From Longimicrobiales bacterium (GTDB lineage: Bacteria; Gemmatimonadota; Gemmatimonadetes; Longimicrobiales; Gaopeijiaceae): a stretch of DNA of 64,000 nt. The notes below the pieces were generated by a model that did not search any database, had not been told where the DNA came from, and was given only the letters and a program-made list of their open reading frames with translations. Both the position numbers and the translations under genes were made by a program. The stretch lies in contig JAWLHJ010000004.1 of NCBI GenBank assembly GCA_041690395.1, forward strand, positions 273,365-337,364, read 5' to 3'. This document shows, in pieces, positions 48,188 through 57,474 of this stretch (within the stretch, counting starts at the first letter, position 1; every line of letters begins with the position of its first letter).

Positions 48188-51100
48188 GTGAGACAGAGAC
48201 CCGCACTTTACATCGCTTTCGTCGTGTCCGGGATGGCCGGGCTCGTGTACGAAGTCCTGTGGAGCCGATACCTGGCCCTCTTCGTCGGACACGGCGCCTT
48301 CGCCCAGGTGCTGGTCCTCTCCGTCTACCTCGGAGGGATGGCGGTCGGCGCCTTGGCCGTGTCCGACATCTCGCGCAAGCTCGACCGGCCCCTTCTGGGA
48401 TATGCTGCGCTGGAAGTGGCTCTCGCCGCCTTCGGGCTGCTCTTTCACCCGATGTACCAAGCCGTGACGGGGCTCGGGTACGACGTGATCTTCCCCGCCC
48501 TTGCCGATCCGAATCTGGCCGGCGCGGTCCGCTGGGGGCTGGCCGGAATCATCATCCTCCCTCAGGCGATGCTGCTCGGCGCCACCTTCCCGCTCATGGC
48601 CGCGGGCCTCGTGCGTATGGCTCCGGACAGACCGGGCGGCGGCGTCGCCACCGCGTATCTGCTCAACACCCTGGGTGGAGCGGCCGGAGTCCTCGTGGCC
48701 GGATTCCTCCTCATCGGCTGGTTCGGCTTCGCGGGCACCTCGGTGGCCGCCGCGACCCTGAATCTCCTCGCGGCCGGGCTGGTCTGGAGCTCCGTGCGGG
48801 GATTCGCGGGCCCCTCGCTCGCTGCACCGGTCGACCGCGAGAAGGACGGTGCAGCCCCTCCCGAAGCACGTGCGCTCAGCCTCGTGCTCCTGCCGGTGGC
48901 GTTCGGGACGGCGCTCGCGTCGTTCGCGTACGAGATCGGTTGGATCCGCATGCTTTCGCTCCTGCTCGGGAGCGCCACGCATGCCTTTGAGTTGATGCTG
49001 TCGGCGTTCATCCTCGGGCTCGCGATCGGAGCGTGGCTCGTCCGCGGCGCTGCCGACCGTTCGCGGGAGCCCATCGCGGCGCTCGGCTGGGTCCAGGTCG
49101 CCATGGGGCTGGCGGCGCTGATGTCGATCCCGGTGTACGGGTCCTCGTTCGATCTCGTCGCCGCCATGGTCGAGGGTACCAGCGGTCGTCCCGGTGGATA
49201 CGCGCTCTTCAACATCGGGCGCTACACGCTCGCGATGACCGTCATGCTTCCAGCGACCGTCCTCGCGGGCATGACCCTTCCGCTGCTCACGGCGGCCCTG
49301 CTGCGCGCCGGGGCCGGCGAGCGAGCGATCGGCCGGGTGTACGCGGTCAATACCGTGGGCGCGGTTTCCGGCTCGGTCCTGGCCGGGCTGGTCCTGCTCC
49401 CCATCCTCGGCTTGAAGGGCCTGCTCGTGGCGGGCGCCGGGCTCGACACCCTCCTGGGCCTGTGGCTCCTCGCCTGGTCGGCCCGGATGGCCCGTGCCCA
49501 TGGGGCGAGCCCGGCTCCGGGCGGATTCGCCCGTTGGGGGCGAAGGGTCGTCGTTCCGGCGGGCGCGTGCCTGATCGCGTTCACCGGGGTCGGGCTCGGC
49601 GTCGACCTCGACCGGGTGGTCATCACGAGCGGCGTGTTCCGCGACGCGTTGGTCCCGGAGGCGTCGTCCCGGACGATGCTCTACTACCAGGACGGTAGGA
49701 CAGCGACGGTATCGGCGCACGTCGGGGCGGAGGAAGGCGTCACGGTACTGTCGACCAACGGGAAGCCCGACGCTTCGGTCGGACCCCTCTGGCGGATCGA
49801 GGGACGTGACACCATCCCCGAGACACCGATCCCGAGCGGCAGCGACTTCTCGACGCAGATGCTTTCTGGGGTCGTCGGGCTCGGGCACCGACCCGACGGC
49901 GGGTTGGTGGCGAACGTCGGACACGGCTCCGGCATCACGGGCGCGACGCTGCTCACGAGTGAAGACGTCGACCGGCTGGTCACGGTCGAGATCGAGCCGT
50001 TCATGGTCGAAGCCTCACTCGTCTTTCTTCCCCTGAACGAGGCCGTGTTCGCGGATCCGCGCTCCAGCTTCGTGTTCGACGACGCCAAGTCGTTCTTCTC
50101 GTACAGCCGCGAGCGTTTCGACCTGATCGTCACGGAGCCCAGCAACCCATGGGTGAGCGGCACCGCGTCGCTCTTCACGAGGGAGTTCTACGACCAGGTC
50201 GGGGACTTTCTCGCGGACGACGGTGTGCTCGTCCAGTGGATGCAGCTCTACGAGCTGACCGACGAGCTCTTCCTGACCGTGCTCGCCGCGCTGGATACGG
50301 CGTTCGAAGCCTACCGGGTCTACCTGGTGGGCGACGCCGACCTCGCGATCGTGGCTTCCCGGCGCGGGCCCCTTCCCACCCCCGACTGGTCGGTCGCGTC
50401 TTCACCCGCGATGAGGTCATTCACTGCCGGCATTCCCGAGATCAGGCCGGCGCACTTGGAGTCCTTGGCCCTCTTCGACGAATCGACACTCCGTCCGTTG
50501 CTCGACCGTGGGCTCCCGGCGAACTCGGACTTCGATCCGATCCTCGACCTCGGTGCCGAGCGCGCTCGGTTCGATCGGGCCTTCGCCCACGGTGCGTTCA
50601 GCTTCGCGACCAGCCCCCTGGACCTGGCGCGGCTCCTCAGAGAGGAGGCCCGTCCGCCGATTCCCCACACGCCGCCGCCCGCTCGCGGCCCCATCTCGCT
50701 GGTGCGAACCGAGCGCGGAGCCTGGCTGAGGGAGGCCATCGGCGAGGGCGGCGCGTACGCTCCGGACGCCTTCCCGGAGTGGACGGAGGCCCTGATCCAC
50801 TTGCAGACCTTCCTCTTTCTGAGCTCCGGTGACGCACAGCTCGGGTCGTGGGACACCTGGGGCGAGGGCTTCAGCCGGGCCGCGGGCGACCTGCACTGGG
50901 GCACGACCGGGTGGGCCGACACGACCTTCTACCGAGCCGCGCGGAGCTTCCTCGACCGGTCCGATGCCCCTGCCGAGGCGCGGGCCGTCGTCGATCTGCA
51001 CGAGGCGGTGTCGCTCCTCGACTGGGGGAGGGCGGCTGGCGCTGCAGACCTGCTCGTCGATCGCGTCGCCGCCGGAGAGCGTTGGGTGCCTCCGGCTACC

Positions 51101-51253
51101 CTGCTGGACGCAGCCGTGCTCGCCTATCTCCGTGTCGATCGGCCCGAGGCCGCGCGTAACGCGCTCGAGGCGCTGGCGCATGGCACGGGTCGCCCGGCAG
51201 GTCATCTGCGTCACCGTGTGCTCGACGCCTGGATCGCGGACGCGGGTGGATAG
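48188..51253 (+). CDS. Multi-TM (MFS-like) protein fused to a spermidine-synthase-like SAM-fold domain and a C-terminal helical region
   Basis: Two repeats of SG..L.YE..W.R and YxxNTxGG/GA; NGKPDAS, VGHGSGIT, VEIEP, DDAK, DLIVTEPSNPWVSG..SLFTREFY. Confidence 0.85.
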   Translation: MRQRPALYIAFVVSGMAGLVYEVLWSRYLALFVGHGAFAQVLVLSVYLGGMAVGALAVSDISRKLDRPLLGYAALEVALAAFGLLFHPMYQAVTGLGYDVIFPALADPNLAGAVRWGLAGIIILPQAMLLGATFPLMAAGLVRMAPDRPGGGVATAYLLNTLGGAAGVLVAGFLLIGWFGFAGTSVAAATLNLLAAGLVWSSVRGFAGPSLAAPVDREKDGAAPPEARALSLVLLPVAFGTALASFAYEIGWIRMLSLLLGSATHAFELMLSAFILGLAIGAWLVRGAADRSREPIAALGWVQVAMGLAALMSIPVYGSSFDLVAAMVEGTSGRPGGYALFNIGRYTLAMTVMLPATVLAGMTLPLLTAALLRAGAGERAIGRVYAVNTVGAVSGSVLAGLVLLPILGLKGLLVAGAGLDTLLGLWLLAWSARMARAHGASPAPGGFARWGRRVVVPAGACLIAFTGVGLGVDLDRVVITSGVFRDALVPEASSRTMLYYQDGRTATVSAHVGAEEGVTVLSTNGKPDASVGPLWRIEGRDTIPETPIPSGSDFSTQMLSGVVGLGHRPDGGLVANVGHGSGITGATLLTSEDVDRLVTVEIEPFMVEASLVFLPLNEAVFADPRSSFVFDDAKSFFSYSRERFDLIVTEPSNPWVSGTASLFTREFYDQVGDFLADDGVLVQWMQLYELTDELFLTVLAALDTAFEAYRVYLVGDADLAIVASRRGPLPTPDWSVASSPAMRSFTAGIPEIRPAHLESLALFDESTLRPLLDRGLPANSDFDPILDLGAERARFDRAFAHGAFSFATSPLDLARLLREEARPPIPHTPPPARGPISLVRTERGAWLREAIGEGGAYAPDAFPEWTEALIHLQTFLFLSSGDAQLGSWDTWGEGFSRAAGDLHWGTTGWADTTFYRAARSFLDRSDAPAEARAVVDLHEAVSLLDWGRAAGAADLLVDRVAAGERWVPPATLLDAAVLAYLRVDRPEAARNALEALAHGTGRPAGHLRHRVLDAWIADAGG

Positions 51254-51275
51254 CGCCCTTCCGGAGCCCGTTCCA

Positions 51276-52343
51276 TCACGGGCTGACCGGTGGAAGTCGC
51301 GGCACCGGCGTCGGTGACGGCATCCACTCGGTCGCACCGGCGCGCAAGGCTCGCGCCGCCCAGCATGCCGAGCCCCGCACGGTCGCGCCGGCGCCGACGA
51401 TCAACCCGCCGTCCGCCACGACCATCCCATGGAGCTCACTGCGGTCCTCGAGCGTGACGACGCCGCTGGCCACCACCATGCCGTAGAGGCGTGCGTCGCC
51501 GGACAGTTGCAGGTCCCCGTCGACCACCAGCATGGCCTGTCCGGATCCACCGGCGACGTGGAGCGTATCCGCGGTACGGCGGACGGCGATGTGCGCCCCA
51601 CACGGACCGGTCGGCCGCTCCGGGTCCCCCCAGTTCCACGGCTCGTCGGTCGAGCACACGCCGGCCCACTCGCTCGGGAACGGTACGCCCGTTCCAGCGA
51701 TCCCGACCGACGTCCCGGCCACCAGATCCTCGAAGCTCAGGAGACCGAGCGCGGCCGCAGACCCATCGGCCCCCGTCGCCACGGCGTCGGGAACGACACC
51801 CTCGAACGCGGGCCCGACCTCCGGATCGCAGGTCGCGGCATCGAGCGGTGCCTCCGCCAGCCCGAACCCGAGCCGGTCGATGCTGCCGTCGATCCGTACC
51901 AGGGCACCCTGGCCCACCGTCACGACCGCGCCCAGGGCCCGTATCCGGCTTACCGGATCCAACCACCAGAGGAGCAGCCCCGAGGTCCCGATGCGCCGGG
52001 AGCCGCCATCCAGCGCCGCCCGCTCGAGCCACCAGCTCTCGGGGCCGACGCGCCTCACACGGAGCGGTTGCCAGGCGGGGTCGGTCGGCTCGACGCCTTC
52101 CGCTTGGCCCCCGACCGCGGCAACGTCCCAGATAGGCAGGCGCATAAGGTCGCTGTCGAGGCCAGCCGCCAGGGCCTCGTCCCTCCGGGCCCGGAGAGCC
52201 GCCTTATCCTCGAGGGCTCCAGCGTACGCGCGGGAGGCGTTCAGCTCTGCACGCGCGACCAGCAGGGTGCCGTGCGCGAGCGCGGTGGCGGTGAGGAGCA
52301 GTAGCACGACCGCAAGCATGGCCGCCCCTCGCCTCCCCCTCAC
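51276..52343 (-). CDS. PilX-like minor pilin (cassette 2)
   Basis: RRG/AAMLAVVLLL signal; NWGDP..P..PCG and GQAMLVVDGDL...LYGMVV shared with cassette-1 PilX; GTGA overlap. Confidence 0.72.
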   Translation of the reverse strand: MRGRRGAAMLAVVLLLLTATALAHGTLLVARAELNASRAYAGALEDKAALRARRDEALAAGLDSDLMRLPIWDVAAVGGQAEGVEPTDPAWQPLRVRRVGPESWWLERAALDGGSRRIGTSGLLLWWLDPVSRIRALGAVVTVGQGALVRIDGSIDRLGFGLAEAPLDAATCDPEVGPAFEGVVPDAVATGADGSAAALGLLSFEDLVAGTSVGIAGTGVPFPSEWAGVCSTDEPWNWGDPERPTGPCGAHIAVRRTADTLHVAGGSGQAMLVVDGDLQLSGDARLYGMVVASGVVTLEDRSELHGMVVADGGLIVGAGATVRGSACWAARALRAGATEWMPSPTPVPRLPPVSP

Positions 52344-53077
52344 GGCGCCCCCCCGCCGAGCGGTACACGCCACCGGCGTAGCGGACCCGGCCCGGTTCCG
52401 GTGATGGCTCCGGGGACCGCCCCGACCCGCCACACGAGCTCGGCACTCAGCCGTCCGTCCGCCAGGCCCCAGCCACTCTCCCGTTCAAACAGCTCGGGCG
52501 TAAGGGGCTGTCGGCCACCGGCACCGCGCCGGTAGCGGAGCGCCCGCCCGGACAGGGAATACGCTCCCCGCTCGAACACTCGTGCCAGCACGCCCCCTGG
52601 CGGAAACGCTCCGCCGAGCTCGAGGGCAAGGCCTCCCTCCAAGAGCGCGCCCCAACAGGTGGACGGACCCTCGGCGACACCCGTCAGGGCAAGCACGGCC
52701 CTGGCCCCGTCGGCGTAGACGACCTCGATCGAGTCCTTGGTCGGATCCGGGCGCCGGTAGCCGCCGTACGATACGACGAGGCGCTCCGGAGCCTCGTGCT
52801 CGCCGCAGACCAGTCCCGTTCCCCGGTACGCGCGCAGCGCCAGCGAGTCGTCAGCCACGGCCCAGTCGACACCGGCGCGGCCAGCGGCCGTCTCGGCCCG
52901 CAGCAACGCCCCGGTGAGGCGCACCGCTGACAGGGCGTCGGCCCGCTCCATGGCCCGCGCGTGAGCGAGGCGGGTCCGACCGACCGCGGCCATGCCCGCC
53001 TGCATGAGAAGGAGCCCGAGGAGGAGGGCCACCAACGTCTCGACCAGCGTGGCGCCGCCTACCTGCCGCCCGGTCAC
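52340..53077 (-). CDS. PilW-like minor pilin (cassette 2)
   Basis: GG/ATLVETLVALLLG, LRAE, RQPL; GTGA overlap. Confidence 0.72.
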   Translation of the reverse strand: MTGRQVGGATLVETLVALLLGLLLMQAGMAAVGRTRLAHARAMERADALSAVRLTGALLRAETAAGRAGVDWAVADDSLALRAYRGTGLVCGEHEAPERLVVSYGGYRRPDPTKDSIEVVYADGARAVLALTGVAEGPSTCWGALLEGGLALELGGAFPPGGVLARVFERGAYSLSGRALRYRRGAGGRQPLTPELFERESGWGLADGRLSAELVWRVGAVPGAITGTGPGPLRRWRVPLGGGAP

Positions 53078-53388
53078 GGGCGCGCCGCCTCGAGCCGGAC
53101 GAGGGTATCGCCGTGCGCGTCGGTGGCGACCACGACCGCCCGGCCTGGATCCAAAGCGGCCTCCCACCGCACGACTCCGCCCGGGAAGGAGTCCACGCCC
53201 GGACCCATGAAGCCGTGCGCTTCCAACGAATCGGCCGCCATGGCCGTCGCCGCGGCGGCCCGGGTCGTCAGCTCGGCCTCAGTCAGCGTGCGGGCGGCGA
53301 GCAACAGGGTGCCCACCACGCCCAGTACGCCGATCTCGAGGAGAACCAGCGCGACGACCACCTCGATCAGCGTGAAGCCCCGGCTCAT
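53074..53388 (-). CDS. PilV-like minor pilin (cassette 2)
   Basis: SRG/FTLIEVVVALVLLEIGVLG. Confidence 0.8.
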   Translation of the reverse strand: MSRGFTLIEVVVALVLLEIGVLGVVGTLLLAARTLTEAELTTRAAAATAMAADSLEAHGFMGPGVDSFPGGVVRWEAALDPGRAVVVATDAHGDTLVRLEAARP

Positions 53389-53807
53389 TCACGCCTCACA
53401 CGTCCGAACGACGAGATGATCAGGCGTGTCCGGGACGATCCGGCCACCAACTCGATCGTCTCGTTCGCGAACACGCCGATGCCGAGCCCGTTGAACGGGA
53501 TCTCGGTGCGGTCGCGTCCGGCTCCCAAGGTCAGCCGGACCCCACCGTCACCGGGCACCGTCGAGCGAAACGTCGTCGAATCGCCCACGGCGATCCGGAT
53601 CTCGCCGTCCGCACTCAGGTGGAGGCTCGCCGCGCCCGCGCGCACGGCCTCGGTCCGCGTCCGGTGCAGCGCCGCCACGATCTCCTCGCGCGCGGTGAGC
53701 ACCTCCATGCGATCACCGAACCGGCTCGCGGCCGGCACGACCGCCGTCGACGCGGTGGCGAGCAGCGCGAGCGTCGCCGTCATCTCCAGGAGTGTGTACC
53801 CGTTCAT
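53385..53807 (-). CDS. FimT/GspH-like minor pilin (cassette 2)
   Basis: NG/YTLLEM, RTRTEAV, IPFNGLG, ISSFGRVR. Confidence 0.78.
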   Translation of the reverse strand: MNGYTLLEMTATLALLATASTAVVPAASRFGDRMEVLTAREEIVAALHRTRTEAVRAGAASLHLSADGEIRIAVGDSTTFRSTVPGDGGVRLTLGAGRDRTEIPFNGLGIGVFANETIELVAGSSRTRLIISSFGRVRRE

Positions 53808-53861
53808 GCCCTCGACGATGGTCCCGGGACCGGGACGAGGGCATGGCGCTACGGGCCGTGC

Positions 53862-55216
<1,355 letters not shown>

Positions 55217-55220
<4 letters not shown>

Positions 55221-56329
55221 GTCGCCTCCGGGCGGGCGTCCGGGCCAGGGGTCTTTGCGGCTGGAAGCCTAATAGTAAAGCGTGCGCCCGCTTCTGGCGC
55301 GTTCGCCGCTTCGATGCGCCCTCCCATCCCCTCGACCAACCGTGCGCAGATCGAGAGTCCGAGCCCGGTCCCGCGGCCGGGCTCCTTGGTGCTGAAGAAC
55401 GGATCGAAGATCTGTTCGAGGTCGTCCTCGGGAATGCCCGGACCCGTGTCGGTAACGTCGATGATCGCCACCCGCTCGGCCAGGAACACGGGGTCGACGC
55501 CGCGTCCACCGTCGTCCCGCGAGATCCGGCGCCGATGCATGTAGTTCACGCCCGGCGGGTCGTCCTCGCGACGTGTCGGGAGATCCGCGACTTCGCCACG
55601 CGCGGCATAAGCCCTGACCCGGATGATCCTCCGAGGAGACGATTCCATCGCGTCGAGCGCGTTCAGGAGGAGGTTGACGAGTACCTGCTCCATCCGGTGC
55701 GCGTTCATGAGCACGTCCGGGGTGTCCGGTGCGACGTACCAGTGGGTCTCGACGTCGGAGAGCTTTCCCTGATGGTCGAGCAGCCGCCGGACCCGGGCGA
55801 CAACCGCACCGATCGCCTCGGGGGCCAGCCCCTCCTCTCTGGGTCGCGCATAGTTGAGGAGGCTCTTCACGATCCGGTCGATGCGCTCGGCCTCTTCCCG
55901 AATCGAGTCGAGGATCTCCGGCTCCGCCTCGCCCTTCCGGGCTCGAGCCCTGGCCACGTCGACGTAGCCCATGATGGCCCCGAGCGGGTTGCCCACCTCG
56001 TGGGCGATGCCGGCGGCGAGGGTCCCGACCGACGCGAGCCGCGCGGCACGCACGATCTCGGCACGGGCTTCGACCAGCTCCCGGTTGGTCCGGTCCAGTG
56101 AGGCGACGTTGCGCTCGAGGAGCTCGCGGTCCGGCGCCATCCAGCGACGGGCCAGCCAGGTCAGGCCGAGGGCACCGCAGACCACGCCCACGACAGCGAG
56201 CAGGATGGCCGGTATCGAAGCGCCCGGCCGGGCGAGGTGGAATCCGAGCGCGAGGAGGAGGAGAGAGATCGCGGCGGAGGCCGCGACGAACGCCCGGGAT
56301 GCCGGCGGACCGGCGGGGGTGGTGATCAG
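55217..56329 (-). CDS. PilS-like sensor histidine kinase with two TM helices
   Basis: AHEVGNPL H-box, NLLLNA, DTGPGI, FDPFFSTK, GTGLGL; frame open upstream of GTG 56191 encoding hydrophobic helices, CTG 56329 proposed as start. Confidence 0.85.
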
Positions 56330-56712
56330 TAGTTGCAGGTGATCATGCTCTCCACGGTCGCCGGGCTGACCTGCGTGGCGTTTCCGTGATAGAGCGCGCA
56401 GGTGACGGACGGGAGGCCTGTGTGGACCGCGGACGCGGACCAGCCCTGCCCCGTCGCTTCACCGATGGTGACCGTGACGCCGTCCGAGCGGGTGAACCCC
56501 AGCGCATCCTGATCGGTCGAGTAGGTGAAGTTCGCGTTGTGATAGACTTCCTGCAGGCTGGCCAGGTTCCGGAGATCGGCGGTCATCGCGGATACGAAAG
56601 CCCGCTCACGTGTCGCCGAGAACTTGGGAATCGCGATCGAGGCCAGGATCCCGATGATGACGACGACGATCAGGAGCTCGATCAGGGTGAAGCCTTCGCG
56701 CTTGGTGGACAT
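56326..56712 (-). CDS. Type IVa pilin, second paralog
   Basis: REG/FTLIELLIVVVIIGILASIAIPKF; C-terminal Cys pair. Confidence 0.95.
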   Translation of the reverse strand: MSTKREGFTLIELLIVVVIIGILASIAIPKFSATRERAFVSAMTADLRNLASLQEVYHNANFTYSTDQDALGFTRSDGVTVTIGEATGQGWSASAVHTGLPSVTCALYHGNATQVSPATVESMITCNY

Positions 56713-56776
56713 GAGGTCACCTCGAGTGAGCGAGTCTTCCGGATCGGTTCGAGAGAAGGTTGAGGAGGGGGCGGGT

Positions 56777-56808
56777 GGCCGGCCCGGGCCCGGAGGCCCG
56801 GACCGGCC
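56777..56808 (-). terminator. Hairpin with C(UCCG)G loop between the two pilin genes
   Basis: GGCCGGTCCGGGCC-TCCG-GGCCCGGGCCGGCC followed by a pyrimidine-rich tract. Confidence 0.6.
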
Positions 56809-56864
56809 CTTCCGCTTCAGTCACACCCGCACCGTAATGCGGGGCCCTGCTACATCATGGTTCG

Positions 56865-57266
56865 TTACGGCGTGCAAGCGAGCTCGCCGGACTGCGCCGG
56901 CGACCCGAGCAGGGTCGGCGCAGAGGCAAAGTCGCCGTAGAAGATGCCGCAGCCCTCGGTGGTCGTAAGCGCGTCGTGGGTCGCCTGAGCCTGCCAACCG
57001 GTATTCGACGGCGCGGCGGGGAAGGTGACGTTCACGCCCTCGGACGAAACGAAGCCGAGGTTGGTGGTGTTGCTGGTGTAGGTATAGTGGTCCGAGTAGT
57101 AGATCTCCTGCTGGCTAGCCAGGTTCTTCAGGTCGGACTTCATCGCGGCGAAGTAAGCCCGCTCACGCGTGGCGGAGAACTTCGGAATGGCGATGGCCGC
57201 CAGGATGCCGATGATCACGACCACGATCAACAGCTCGATGAGGGTGAAACCCTTGTTGTCCCGCAT
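56865..57266 (-). CDS. pilA: Type IVa major pilin
   Basis: NKG/FTLIELLIVVVIIGILAAIAIPKF, Cys pair; GGAG RBS; directly behind a sigma54 promoter. Confidence 0.93.
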   Translation of the reverse strand: MRDNKGFTLIELLIVVVIIGILAAIAIPKFSATRERAYFAAMKSDLKNLASQQEIYYSDHYTYTSNTTNLGFVSSEGVNVTFPAAPSNTGWQAQATHDALTTTEGCGIFYGDFASAPTLLGSPAQSGELACTP

Positions 57267-57316
57267 TGGAATGCTCCAGGTGTGAAGTGAAACCGGGTTG
57301 TGCGACCAAGATATGG

Positions 57317-57331
57317 GCAAGCTCTGTTCCA
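57317..57331 (-). promoter_or_regulatory. Sigma54 promoter of pilA
   Basis: TGGAACAGAGCTTGC (GG-N10-GC), about 50 bp upstream of the pilin ATG. Confidence 0.75.
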
Positions 57332-57474
57332 CCTGTGCCACGCACGACATAAGCTACTGCAATAAAACGTGTTAAGGCGCTCTCGACAGCCCAGCCCCAT
57401 GACGTCTGCCAGCGCTCTATCTGGGATTCTGCAAGGCGCCATGCCTTGTGCGATACTGTGCAGTACCGAGACGC

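Noticed and set aside
57430..57446. Second sigma54-like element upstream of pilA (GGCATGGCGCCTTGC)
   Set aside because: GG-to-GC spacing is 11 nt rather than 10.
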